DNA of 62,995 nt, filler included, from Hydrolagus affinis (taxonomy: Eukaryota): assembly GCA_012026655.1 (NCBI GenBank). It is 4 parts of 4 records of this genome, joined end to end, with 100 filler letters (N's around TTAATTAATTAA, not from the genome) between each part and the next. Parts side by side here need not be neighbours in the genome. Positions count along the whole stretch, not along the records: positions 35,930 to 52,226 come from JAAILG010016978.1; positions 52,327 to 62,995 come from JAAILG010024602.1; 2 more parts are not named here. The stretch is one strand, 5' to 3'. The position numbers and the translations under genes were made by a program. Positions 49,102 to 61,600 of this stretch are shown here, one piece after another. The notes under the pieces were generated by a model. It was not told the DNA's origin and made no database searches. It saw only the letters and a list, made by a program, of their open reading frames with translations. Numbering within the stretch: the first letter of the stretch is position 1; each line of letters begins with the position of its first letter.

Positions 49102-51438
49102 AAAAAGAATGAGTGGATTTTACCTAATTTGCTGTAATTAATAGTAGGAAATATTCTTTTGAAAAAAATACAGATTTTAAATTTTATTATGACAGTAAGA
49201 TTGTTGGCATCCTACCTGTGTTGGAGAACTGAACTGTGATCAGGTAATTGGCAATTTCTGGAATCTGAAGGCTGATGTGAGAAACCTGACAGGTATAAAC
49301 AACCCCACTTTGGACAGGCTTGTTCTCTTCCACAAAGCTTGAAGCTTCATACAATCCCTCTGCATTCTGCTGTTTAGAGATATTCATTCCAGATGGAATT
49401 TTGGTGCCATTTTTATACCAAGTGAGATTAAGATTCTCTGGATAAAATGCAGTGGTTTCACACACAAGAGTCAGAATGTCTTGCAAACCTATTTTAGGAA
49501 TTTTGGAGAAAATCTTCAGTGGAGTTGGAGGAACTGTAGAACAAATGGTGCAGCAGAATTACAAAAAGTTACATCAGTTGGTGAAGATTAAACTGTATCA
49601 TGATTTGTATACCATTTGTTTCAATACAGAATCTTGAGTATGATTTATTTGCTTTGTAAAATCTTTAGTTCTGATTTTGATTTGTTCGCCATCAATAACA
49701 ACTATAAAATTTGTCACGGGAACGATACTCTATCACTAAAGTTCCACTCAAAAATTAATAAATATAGAATGTAAAGTTACCACATTGAATGTCTCAATCT
49801 CCGCATAATAAAATATTATTTTTCACAATTCTGATATGTATCCCCATTCAAACAAATTTGTTCTTTTCATTTCTCCATACCTGGTACTGGAGTAATAAGA
49901 AAAACTGTTTTATAGTTATAGATTGAAATTCCGGAGAAGAAAATAATGTTTGAGCCACATAGACAATCACAACAGCAATGTAGCCAATGCTGATATTGTA
50001 TTCATTCTCAGTGAAATGAAGAAATAATTAATTACTGACATTATATTTAACTAAATCTATTTAGTTGATGATTGAAATCATATTTAATGAAAATTTGGAG
50101 TTTTAAATTGTCAAAATCTTAACAAAATTAGGTTTTAAATATCCTTGCATTTGATATAGATTCTCAGTAAGTTGAAATCCCTCAAATCACATCACAAAGC
50201 TTTTTTGTATGTACAATTTTATCTGGAGAAAATTCTGTCTGGAGATAAAATTGTGGATATGTTCATTGGCACACCGGGAGGCACTCTTTTCAAAAGGTAT
50301 CATCTTTTTACTGTTAATATCAAATGGCGGAATGGCTATTGATCTTATCCAAATAAAGAAACTGCTGGTAATGTAGCGCTGCACAACATTCCCAGCTAAC
50401 GCTTTAGCACGTGCTTTCCAAACATGTAAGAATATGATAAGAATAATAAAATTAAAAATTAAGATTCACTGTTGCATATGAGTGCATGATCTATGTGACA
50501 TAACCGTATCCATGAGGGCTATATTACCTGCAGAGTTAATGTTAACAGGTTCAATGTTATCAGCCTGCCCAGAATGACAAGCCTGTCTCTCTTAGTCCAA
50601 CTGATGAACTAGGCTGGCAACAGTCGTGCCCCAGAATACTGCAGCCCTGCCTGGGTCAAGAGCTGGACCAATGACTGAGGCCATTGCAGAGGGTTGATAT
50701 GATTCAGACATTCCATTGGCAAGTGAATAATTCGGGAGTCATCTCCAAGCAGACCCCACCTGGTCCCAGGAAGATTCGTTTTAAAGGATAACATTTTGAA
50801 ACACCTGTTTCACATTCTAAAAATAATGAAAATGTCCTTCACACATGGTCAGAGTTTTTGGCTCAAAATCTAATTTGGAATATTGCCGTTCTTCACTGAA
50901 ACCATACCTACCCCATACATCCAGACGTGATCCAGGTCCACTGGCCGCTATTTTCCCCTGAAGCACGAGAACACAATGATACACACCAGAGTCCTGGAGA
51001 TTCACATTTTGGAGTTTAAAGAAGCTTTTTTGTTCACTTTCAAACTCAAACAGTTGTCTTTTGTCCTCCCTTGTATGCAGGTAGTTATTCTCTCCCTCTT
51101 TCAACCAGTAAACTTTTACACGTGAGTTGAATTGAGCGTCAGGAAACATGCAGTGGAAAGTAACGTTAGTGCCTCTAATTGCCTCCATATGATCTGGGAT
51201 TTGGGTCACTCTGATCATTGTACCGTCAACAACTATCAGAAATAAATTCAAACGTTAATTAGAAAGAGAATTACAGTGAAAGACAAAGTAATGCACAAAG
51301 ACTTATTCTATCAATAAAAATAATATTACATTACGTCATTTATTTCCCTTTTCGGCAAATTGGGGTATAGAATGAACACGCACCTGTGGAAATAATCCCG
51401 ATCAGATATACATACTGAAACACATAACTCTCCAACAT
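47033..51438 (-). CDS. non-rearranging IgSF receptor gene B: leader-VJ-C1-TM-tyrosine tail (last exon unresolved)
   Basis: Leader 51438-51384, VJ 51232-50912 (ends SGPGSRLDVW), C1 49533-49216, TM 48825-48721 (GNNIEVYQILISGCAGLTFLVLLIIVMSWRLTKRK), probable tail exon 47196-47033 (DAVLLNQQRRQ...KIHEETYETVEYVPPDLKRHPG...). The tail exon is less certain than the ectodomain exons. Confidence 0.8.
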
Positions 51439-51682
51439 TCTCACCGTGTGTTGAGACCAAGGATGAACCTATTACTGCTCAGTAGTAAGTAATTGTAGTT
51501 GTTTAAGATTTTATATGAGGCAATGATAACTGACTTCCTATTCTCTGTCAGGTCATACGATTGGCTCGGAGGGTTCTCTGGCATTTACAATTGTCCACTT
51601 AAAAGTTATTTACTTTCAGTTATTTTATTGGAAGCTTAAACTCCATCTGAAAGAAACAATCAAAGTTTGTGGTAATGTTATT

Positions 51683-52226
51683 AACAACAACAACAACAAC
51701 AACTTAAACTTATAAAGCGCCTTTCATGTCGGGAGGACGTCCCAAGGCGCTGCACAGGAGGCGTGTGACCCGAGCTGGGAGGGGGCTGTTCGGGAAGGGG
51801 TGAAACACGTAGGGGAGGTCGAAAAATTCAGGGGGGAACAAAAGGCACGGTTGAAGAGGAAAGTCTTCAAACTGGCCTTGAAAGAGGAAAGGGAAGAAAC
51901 AAGCCGGAGGGATTGGGGGATGGAATTCTATAGGGTCGGGGCAGAAAAACTGAAAGCCTGGCCTCCGATGGTGGGGCGGTTCGGGTGGGGGGCTTGGAGC
52001 AGGCCAAGACCTGCTGAACGGAGGGTCCGGGTGGGCTTATAGGGGGAAAGTAAGTCAACAACAACAAATTACATTTATAGAGCGCCTTTCACGTCAGGAG
52101 GACGTCCCAAGGCGCTGCACAGGGGGAGTGTGACCCGAGCTGGGAGGGGAGTGTTTGGGCGGGGGTGAAACACGAAGGGGAGGTCGAAGAATTCGGGGGG
52201 GAACAAAAGGCACGGTCGAAGAGGAA
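51683..52226 (-). mobile_element. two tandem young L2-like 3' ends adjoining a gap; near-identical inverted copy at 35930-36056
   Basis: GCGCCTTTCACGTCAGGAGGACGTCCCAAGGCGCTGCACAGG with a (CAA)n tail. Confidence 0.65.
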
Positions 52227-52978
52227 NNNNNNNNNNNNNNNNNNNNNNNNNNNNNNNNNNNNNNNNNNNNTTAATTAATTAANNNNNNNNNNNNNNNNNN
52301 NNNNNNNNNNNNNNNNNNNNNNNNNNTTGCTGTCTTGCTGTCTTGCTGTCTTGCTTTCTTGCTTTCTTGCTTTCTTGCTTTCTTACTTGGCAAAATAATT
52401 TCGCGTGCTTCAAGATCTACTTGCATGTTGATGTCCAAGAAAATAAGTTTCAGTGGGAAAACTCAACGTATATGGAGAGAGGAAAATTCGTGAACGTTTC
52501 AAGTTATTAATCTGCATTCAGACAAGGTGGGGTTTGAATGGAACTGTTTCTAGCACATTTCATATTGGATCCAATTCATTTCCAAGAAAAGTTGGCTTGT
52601 CGAGACAAATTAGTGGAACATTGATTGAAATACGGCATTGCAACTAACATATATAGAGTTAATTAGTTACCTAATTGTACACTCAACTTGTCCTCTCGTC
52701 AAGTTGCTTTGGAAACCCTCTCCAGAAGAATTCAACGACTTTAGAAAATAATGAAATACACGTAGTTCAGCAAAGAAACAAGCCTCATAGTGGGAGCTGT
52801 CCAATCTTTTGAAAATCGCAAACATACGTTGTAGTTTTCAAAAATGGATTGTTGAATTGACACAGTTTCAAAAAACTGGGAGCAGTCTGTTAGAATATTG
52901 CATTTTAGAAATTCAATAAAATCAACAAATAAATGAATAGAGTTTTATTTTAAGATGATAGAAATTATCCATACTTAC

Positions 52979-53034
52979 GTTTTATTACCGTGACTTTGGT
53001 TCCTGATCCATCTAAGCTATATGGCTTATAATTA
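52979..53034 (-). CDS. NAR-type J segment with 23-bp RSS (inverted paralog)
   Basis: AGTTTTTGC, 23 bp, GACTGTG (53035-53073); NYKPYSLDGSGTKVTVIK; phase-1 donor GTAAG. Confidence 0.9.
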
Positions 53035-53414
53035 CACAGTCACACAGTTCTCGTAATACAAGGTGCAAAAACTAGTCTATCTGATCATGATTGAATACTG
53101 CCATAAAAAAGAACTAAATGTTAACAAGATGGTTAACAGTTTCTACATCTCTACCACTGTCTCGTCACCCGACATTCATTTCGTCCAAATCTGGTTTAAT
53201 TTATGTAGAATTTCCACCCAACACGAACAAACTCCCTCAACCAGAAAACATTTTTGTAAATAATTACAGAATTTTCTGCTTGAAATGTCTAAATCAGTAA
53301 GTAAACTACAGACAAATTTAGCGTAATAAAAGAAGATACAGTACTTAGTGTTCATGTGCAATATAATTCCATGTAAATAGGCGCACGGTAGTTGTACTGA
53401 TTGATTCCAATGTG

Positions 53415-53427
53415 GGTCTCAAATCAC
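53415..53427 (-). other. D segment (13 nt) flanked by 12/12 RSS
   Basis: TGTAATTGT, 12 bp, TACTGTG; core GTGATTTGAGACC; CACATTG, 12 bp, ACAACTACC. Confidence 0.85.
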
Positions 53428-53819
53428 CACAGTATTTGCTGTCAACACAATTACATTGCTTTGCAAAACAACTGTAATAGTGTCTGGCCATGAACAAATT
53501 AACAATCAATGATATCACGTGTACAATTGTTTTGAAGATATTCCTATTCAGATTTGATATGTCGTCTAATATATATATGTAAACTGCGATATATGCCAAT
53601 TGCACTCACATTCAACGTCCTTTAAAACTACATAAATTTTCCTAAGTGTTCCCGAATAATGCGTGTTTGTCGAAGAGTGTGTTACTAAACACCATTGCAC
53701 ATCACACAACAATGGAAAATGTGCATTGAATTCATTGACAAAGTCACATTGACTGTGTGTTGTCTTTGAATAGATGAAGAGGCTTTTTGTATTGTTGGAA
53801 GCCTGGATGCAGCATTGTG

Positions 53820-54108
53820 TTGTTCCACTGATATCGAGCTCTACATCTGTAGGGAGCGCTGTCTGCTACTTGCAAATCATTAGTTTCGAGCCTAGATGTC
53901 TTTGCTCCCACTTTGATAACATCAAACCGTCTTTCGCGAGGGATGGACATCCAATCTCCTCCATTTGGAAACTGCCTTTGAAAGGCCAAGCTAATGTCTC
54001 TGTAGTTCCCCCAATTCCCTTCTGCAAAGACGCAGTTGATTGTCAATGAATTACATTCATCTTTGGTAATAGAGGTTGGTGTCTGTGTTAGCGTCTGACT
54101 GAAAACAT
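53820..54108 (-). CDS. NAR-TCR-type V segment with 22-bp RSS (inverted paralog)
   Basis: DVFSQTLTQTPTSITKDECNSLTINC...DSAPYRCRARYQWN; RSS CACAATG (53813-53819), 22 bp, ACAAAAAGC (53782-53790); no intact leader found. Confidence 0.87.
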
Positions 54109-57100
54109 CTGAAACATACACAAAAGAACATCAGGATAATACAGGCACAACCCTGACCTGTACCATTAGCAGCGAATCCCAATGCTTTGCTGACTTCAGT
54201 TCAATTGACTTCAATTAATACAATAGTGATATAATTATGCTATCATGTTTGTTGAATAGAATACAAGCAGAACAGATTAATCGATAGCAATCGGCAGCTA
54301 CCTTTCGCCCGCAAAATAAAAAAAGAAAAAGTACGGTCGCTTCGATACACAATATATTCTGTAAAGCGCTTTAGGACATTCAATCGACGTGAGATGCCTG
54401 CGTATCAATGCAAGGAATAATATAATTATGGCAACGCACATTACAATGATGGTATTCACTCGTGCCGTGTAATTGGTACAAAAACTCACGTTGTAAGAAG
54501 TGAAAGGCGATGGCGACAGAGATGAGATGCATTCTCTCCTCGCTGGACAACTGAGTGACTGTGTTTATCACAGGGATGTTCTGTAGCAGCGTTAGAGACT
54601 AAATTATACTTGTACAGAGACATTCACGTCAGGAGAATCATATTAGCGTGTGACGTGATGCCTGTTGACAGCAGATTTGAGAGTTGGAGGAGGGCGGGTC
54701 GAGAAGTTATTTAAGGAAAGAGAGTGACGAACTGTGTAGGTGAGCTAGGGGCAGAACAGGGTGCTTTGGGGTGATTGTTGAATAAATGGGCAATTGGCGA
54801 GGGCAGTGAGAGGAAAGTAAGTGATAGTGGTAAGTGATCGGGGTAGTGGCCAGGGGAAAGAGAATAGGAAATGAGGGAGAGTATGCAGGGGAGATGGAGA
54901 GATTTGGGAGTGGAGCGGGAGAGAGTATGCAGAGAGAGGGAAAGAGTTGGGACTAGAGGGAGAGAGTCATGTGTGTTATGAGACAGTTGGGAAGTGGGGC
55001 AGAGATTTGAGAGGGGAGGCATACAGTTGGCAGCGTAGTAAGAGAATTTGGAGGAAGAGAGATTTGGAAATGGAGGAGGGATTTGGGACGAGGAGAGATT
55101 TGGAAGGGGAGGGAGAAAGTTTGGTGGGAAAGGCGAGTATTGGGCTGGATGGGACAGAGTTGGGAGTGGAGGGGTACAGTTGGGAGAGGAGAATGCGAGA
55201 TTTGAGAAGGTGGAGCGAGAGAGTTGTGAGTGGGAGGGAAAGAATTGGGAGGGGAGAGAGCAGGGATGGGAGGGAATTGGGAGGGGAGGCACAGAACTGT
55301 AGAGCAGTGAGAGAGTTGGGCATGGAGGGAGCGAGTTGGGAGGGGAGAGGGAGATATCTGGGAGGGGAACGGGAGTGTTAGGAGGGGAAGGGGGAGAGTG
55401 GGAGGGCAGATGATGGGCGAGGAGGTCAAATTAGAAACTAGGATAAAGGCATTGTGAGTGCGATCAGTGGCTGGAGTCGTATGTGGCAGAGAGAGTAATG
55501 GAAGTTTGCAATGTGACACAGTGGAAGAAGATGTGGCAGACAATGGATCAGTTGAACCGTTTTAAAACTTCTCAACAGCTGTACCAAGATAGAGCGTTTG
55601 TAGCAATAATATTTAACTCTCGTCCAGTCCATCTCTCTGCCAAAGTGTTTGTCTTTGAAATTGAGGGCAGTTGTGGAGAAAATTATTTACCTATTTACGA
55701 AGCTGTAATTAGAAACTCGCTAATTTGTCGTTTGTCTAATGGCTTTGGACGGTAAAAATTGCCTTCAAAATAATGTTAATAATTGTGTGATCGCTCATTC
55801 CACGATTCAGTGTTGGACTTCGCTGTTCATAATAGTCTGCAAACTTTGTCCACCAAACACACAAAAACAACTTGTATTTATTTAGCGTCCTCCGCTCCGT
55901 ACGGCGTCTCAGAGCGCTTCAGATTAACGGTACCAGCCAAGGACAGCGGGAAAAAGGTGACTGAATGTGACACATTCAATACTCTTGTATCCTGTCAATC
56001 GCTTGGAGCCCTCTCGATCAAGTAATCAGTTGGTATGTAAAATGTCAGCATAAGGACTATCATGTTGTCTATTCTGACGGAAAGTATTTCTGTTTCCAAC
56101 TGACATTTGTATTAATTATGGAGATGGTTGAGGAAATGTGAGGAGGAGATGGTCCCTAGTGGAAATAGAAGTTTGAGATTATCTTTGATTCCATGATGGA
56201 GTGTGAGGAGAATGCAGTTTGGGGCTTTGTGGGTGAAAGTGGTGATACTATCGATCATTCTGGTATCAATTTATTGCTGATAATCACAGCAGTCATTGCA
56301 TTTCATACAGTGCTTGATTACGTACGCGAGATGCATCCAAATGCTTCACAGAATGCGCGGTAAAACAGAGTGACTTTGTGATTTTGGGGTGAAACATTAC
56401 ACAATTACTTACTGCAGCATCTCACGGAAAGCAGTGTATTTAATGATCAAATTGTTATATAATATGTAGTTATTTTTTTTTCAGCAAATTATTACTTTAT
56501 TTTATTTTCTTTGACATATCTATTTATTTTTGTTAACTTCTTACTTAATTATTCAGAATTATTGTTGTTATTTTGGTTCCTTTACTCTTATTATTTATTA
56601 CTTAATGTATTTTTTCACGTACGTTGTTAACTATATTTTTATTTATTAGATAATCACTTTGTTTAAGTGTTTATTGGCTGATTCGTTTGTTCGCTTGTTT
56701 ACTTTTCCAAGGATTATTTCCAGTGGAAGATGACCCGCCAATCGACTAAAAACCGGGTTCCTATTCACTGTTTAGTAAAGAGAGGCATGTTACATACAGA
56801 AATGTTCTCTTGGTTTCGTCCAGGCTGGGAATCAAACGCAAGACCTTTCGCTTAAGAGATGGGAACTCTCGCCATAAATTTGGAGGATTCCACATATTTG
56901 TTAGATGGCGGCATCTAGTGGTGTATCAGGAGAATGACAGCGAATGGTTTGAGTTCATTTATGAAAGATGCAAGTTGGTTTTCAGTTAACCGTGTAAACG
57001 TTGAATGCGGGATAAGTCGAACAACATTAATTTCAATATTCCGCTCACATCAACACTCCCCTCCACAACCACACCTTCTATAGTGACTGACTCTCCAGAG

Positions 57101-58067
57101 CTACTCTACACCTCCCAAACTCTCCCATCCCGTGACTCTCCCACGAATTCCCCCATGTCCCCGTAACTCTCCTCTCCCCATAGCTCTCGCCTCCCAACAT
57201 AGCTACCACACTTCCCATAGCGCCTCCCACCACCCCCCCCCCTCCACACACACCTCATTCTCGCAAAGAGGTTCTAACAATCACTCTGTTGCACCATTGA
57301 AGACTCAAGCTTGCTCTCCGGCCGAAAGGACGGAAAAAAAATACAAGTTGTTGTATTTGTTCTTATCATCAAAGGCGCAATATATCACAACAGATTTTGC
57401 TGTGAAGTAACTTAACTGTGTATACATTGGGGAGCGTGACAGCCAGATAACACTGTTCAAGTGCGGATGGGTGTCAGATAGTGTTGTGAATGGAACCAAC
57501 CACTAGAACACACTATACTTCTTGCAGCTTCCTTCACTATGGAAAGTAGTCCAAGGGCGCTGGGCCATTAGGGATTTTGGAGCCGAGATACAAGTTGGCT
57601 GCTCAGTTGGCGTGCAGGGCTGGGGTGGTGCGGATGGAATGGTGACTAAATCCACGGTCAAAGGGGAGAATTACAACAAGAAAATTACATTTCTCTGGCG
57701 AACTGAACACTGCGCAAATATCCCAGGTTACTGGACAGTTAGTGTTTCGCACCAGCGTTTGGGCTCGGAATCGGGAAGGTTGAATGGCAGTGGGAGTTAT
57801 TGATTAGAAGCACAGTCGATATAGAGTGTCTGGCGATGGGTCTTGAGGGAAGTGAAAGAGAGAGAGGGCGAGACAAGCGGACAGCAATATAGAGCTCCAG
57901 GGTGTGGGGGCGGAGAATCACTCCACCTTCAATGATTTCTTTAGTTTATTGGAACATTTAGTCGAATCGCCGCGAGGCCTCAAATCCAAGATTCCGCACA
58001 CTTTCCAACAGATGTAGAAAATGAAAGAAGTTTCTGTTCGAGCCCTGCAGTGTAGTCAACCACTGTG

Positions 58068-58380
58068 GTGAGACTGAAGCCACAGCGATACACTGCACTG
58101 TCAGTTACCAGCAACTCAGAGATGGATAAACTGGTGATAGAACTAGATTCCTGCAGCTGAGAAGCGAAACAGTTTCCAAATCCTGCTCGTTTCACTAAAT
58201 CGCCATCACCAGATTATCTCCGGACTATAAACTCTGGGTGTTTGTCTGGGTAATGTCTGTACCAGAAGAGATAGTAATTGTTTGCAGTAGTGGTGTAGGT
58301 ACACACAAGATTGGCAGCTTCTCCTTCTTTCTTAACCATCGTGGCAGTTTTCCGAATGACAGAATCGGCGTCACGGAATT
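58068..58380 (-). pseudogene. TCR V family A with one nonsense codon
   Basis: Frame intact except TAA at 58216-58214; RSS CACAGTG (58061-58067), 23 bp, ACAGAAACT. Confidence 0.85.
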
Positions 58381-58811
58381 CTGTAATAAACGAAGGAAAG
58401 CATGGCTAAACATTTAAAGAGTCGTAGAATCTTACGCAACAAATGGAGGCCATTCGGCCCATCGAGTCTGTGCCGGCTCTTTCAATCGAGCAATTAAATC
58501 CCTCTCGCCAGCTCTCTCTCCCCATAACTGTGCAAAATAGACCTCCACAAATAAACGTCCACCTCTCTTTTACAATATATTTTTGCATCGGCCTCCCCCA
58601 CTGTTTCAGGCAATGCATTCCAGATCCCCAAAACGGGATGAATGAAAACACGTTTCCTCAACTCCCCTATACTTCTTTTAGAAATTATTAGATCATCTCA
58701 ATTGTGGACTGATTTCTCTGTCCGCTCAGATACAGGTCTCCCTCCAACAATTTTTGTTCAATTGGAGCTGACAATCAGCAGCGACACTGAATTAGCTCAA
58801 CATGACCTCAC

Positions 58812-58857
58812 CTGCCGTAAAGGTTCCCAGCACTAGACAGACAACAAACAGCCTCAT
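58812..58857 (-). CDS. leader exon of V 58068-58380
   Basis: MRLFVVCLVLGTFTA + G|GTGAG. Confidence 0.75.
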
Positions 58858-59722
58858 TGCTGCTCCTCAGCCTTCGCTGTTGTATCTGTGACACCAGTTT
58901 GCTGGAAAACAACAGCAATATGCGTCACTGGCAGATCCCACAGTCCCACGTCACCTCATTGACATCTCAATTGCTTTTAAATTGTGCAATACTCCATTAC
59001 TGTCTGTATTATTGTGGCGGGGGTGAGTGGGGTGGTGGGCGGGTGGGAGGTGGGGAGCATGGAATCCTCCCACTCAGCTTCTGGTAACCTTACAAACAAA
59101 ACTTACAAATATACAGTCAATTCACTTAACAGTATATATACCGTGAAGCGCTTTGAGACGTCGATAAACTGTGAAAATCACTATTTTGCCTCTATAATCA
59201 AACGCAAGTATCATTCATATTATTCTAATCCAATAAATGATGGAAATGAACATCGGATTAGTTTATGTGTACCCAAATGGATAGAGCGTTTTTAATTTCA
59301 CTCCAAGTAATATTGTGTACTAATACAAGCACTTCCTCCATCTTATAGCTCAAAAAGTGCGGTTAACATTTATAATTGGATTTCTAAATGTTGTAAAATT
59401 ACATTTTTCATTCATTCGAAGATCTTCATGTATCTCCAGTGTTGATTCGTGAATTAGTTATTTCCTGAAAGATCATTGTTATATTAATAATTATTTCCTT
59501 GTTATAGTGTGTTTAAATAATTCCCTTCATGAAGCCATGTGACTTGCTGTAGCCCTTGTTTTATTGCATGTGGTTGGGAATTAATCACGTGATTCTTGTG
59601 AGAGACACAGCAGCAATGTCAAATAGGTCAACTGACAGGAATGACATCTGTGCTGTGATTAAACCCATTAACTCCTCTTTGTAAGTTTATGTACGGTGGT
59701 GTAGCCTGAAGGTAACACTATG

Positions 59723-60027
59723 CGAGTGATCCCACAGTAGTAAGTGGCTGAATCCGATAGAGCCGCAGCTAGCACAGTTACACTGGATGTCTTGCTGCTT
59801 GCTTTCACTAGTGGTGAAAAGACCTTTAGCAAATTCAGCTCTGAAAGTTTCCCCATTATAATCATGTCTCAGTGTGTACAGAGGACGCTCCCCTGGATAT
59901 TGACGGCACCAGTAGAACAAAACATTGGTGAAATCATCAGTGTAGGTACATCTCAGGGTCACAGTCTGGCCTTCAGTGACACACCCTTTTATCTGTGATG
60001 GTTGAACACTATCTTCATTCGCTTTCC
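59723..60027 (-). pseudogene. TCR V pseudogene (frameshift, WY>WC, heptamer CATAGTG)
   Basis: GKANEDSVQPSQIKGCVTEGQTVTLRC...FRAEFAKGLFTT, shift, then SKTSSVTVLAAALSDSATYYCGITR. Confidence 0.82.
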
Positions 60028-61600
60028 CTATCGCCACAGATAATTTGTTAGGCAGTGTGACAGAAAGCCGAGAAACAAATCACCAATTTGGATTGATGGT
60101 GAGCAACAAATCGTACTGTATTAGGACCAGTATTAGTGAAATATACAGCGTAATCTCCCTCCATGTTTCCAAACGAGCACATCATTTGGGCAATTAGAAT
60201 CTACAATGGTATTTATCCTGATTAGGTCATCATGAATTGTCCTTTATCGTAAATGTCCAGGGTTGAATTTGTCATCAGACTTCTGGTGGGATTTTCCTTT
60301 CCTTCTCATCACAAGATGATCACTAGCATGCAAAGAAATTAAAGATGATCTTTCAATTCCGCGTTTAAAATAATCATTTTTGCACTTGATTGACCACAGT
60401 GTGTCGAAGAACCTGTCAGCATTTGCAATAATGTGAATGGATGGTCATTTTTGTGCTCAAAACGTAGCAGCGGATTTTGAACAGCAGTTTTCCAGAAATA
60501 GCCTTGCATTGAGAGACAATGTCAGTTTTAAAATAATTATTTTAAAGGGATTTTTACTCTCTGGAACAGCAATCCACCAATCGACTAACAAACCAGTTTC
60601 TATTTGCTGCTATGTTAGCGGAGGCATGTGTATTGAGAAAACAGATCTACGTTTTTGGCAGGTCCCGCCCCGGAATGTAATCCTGTTCACTCTTTCGTGA
60701 GACGAGTGATCTAACCATTGGGCTACAGGGCTCCACAACCCTACACATACAACATGTATGAAGTTTTTCGAATAAGCAGAGGGGATGTGAGGAGAATTTT
60801 TATTTCACGCAGCGAGATGTTGGAATCTGGAATGCATTGCCTGAGGTAGTGTTGGAAGCTGACTCGACAACAACTTTTACATAATACATGGATGGTTATT
60901 TGGGAGGATGGGTTTGCGGGGATATGGGGAGAGAGACGGGAAATTTGTTGACTTTAAATAGTTCTTTTCAAAGAGGCGTCACGGAGTTGATGGGCCTAAT
61001 GGCCTCCTTTTGTGCTGTAAAATTCCAAGTCCCCATCTCTCCCATCTTTGCCCGATTCCATTGGCTCACCATTATTCAAACTATCCAATTCAAGATCCTG
61101 GTCCTCCCATTTAAATCCCTCCAGAACCTCGCCGAAACTACATTCGTTACCTCCTTACCAACCTGCCCGCCTCTCCGCTCAGCGGGCTCTGGCCTTATCC
61201 ACGTCCCACGACGTATCCGCCCAACCACTGGCTGGAGACCCTTCAGCCCCCAACCTCTGGAACTCCGTTCCGCCTAGACATAAAAGAGGCTCCCTTGCCT
61301 TCAATGGACCCACTGGAAACAAGTTGGACCCCCTTCCCCCTCCCCCTTGTCCTCAGCTCGGGTCTGAAGCACTTACTGTCGAGCGCATTGGGACGTCCTC
61401 CTTACATGAATGGCGCTATATAAATGTAATTTTTTTGTTGTAGAATATTGTGATGCTATGAAAATGCCGATAATAACAAGGAAATTGAGTGAAACCAAGA
61501 TTACGGTGATGCTGAGCAGATGCAGTGATGATCAAGGGGGAATTATTGGCTGATCAATGGAGGCTTGTGCATGGGGTCTCTTGGCGATTGTCTCACTGTG

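Noticed and set aside
54711-55543. long Pro/Ser- and Gly/Glu-rich ORFs (also 14117-14569)
   Set aside because: Low-complexity purine/pyrimidine tract of LINE-associated repeat; open on both strands with no domain signal.
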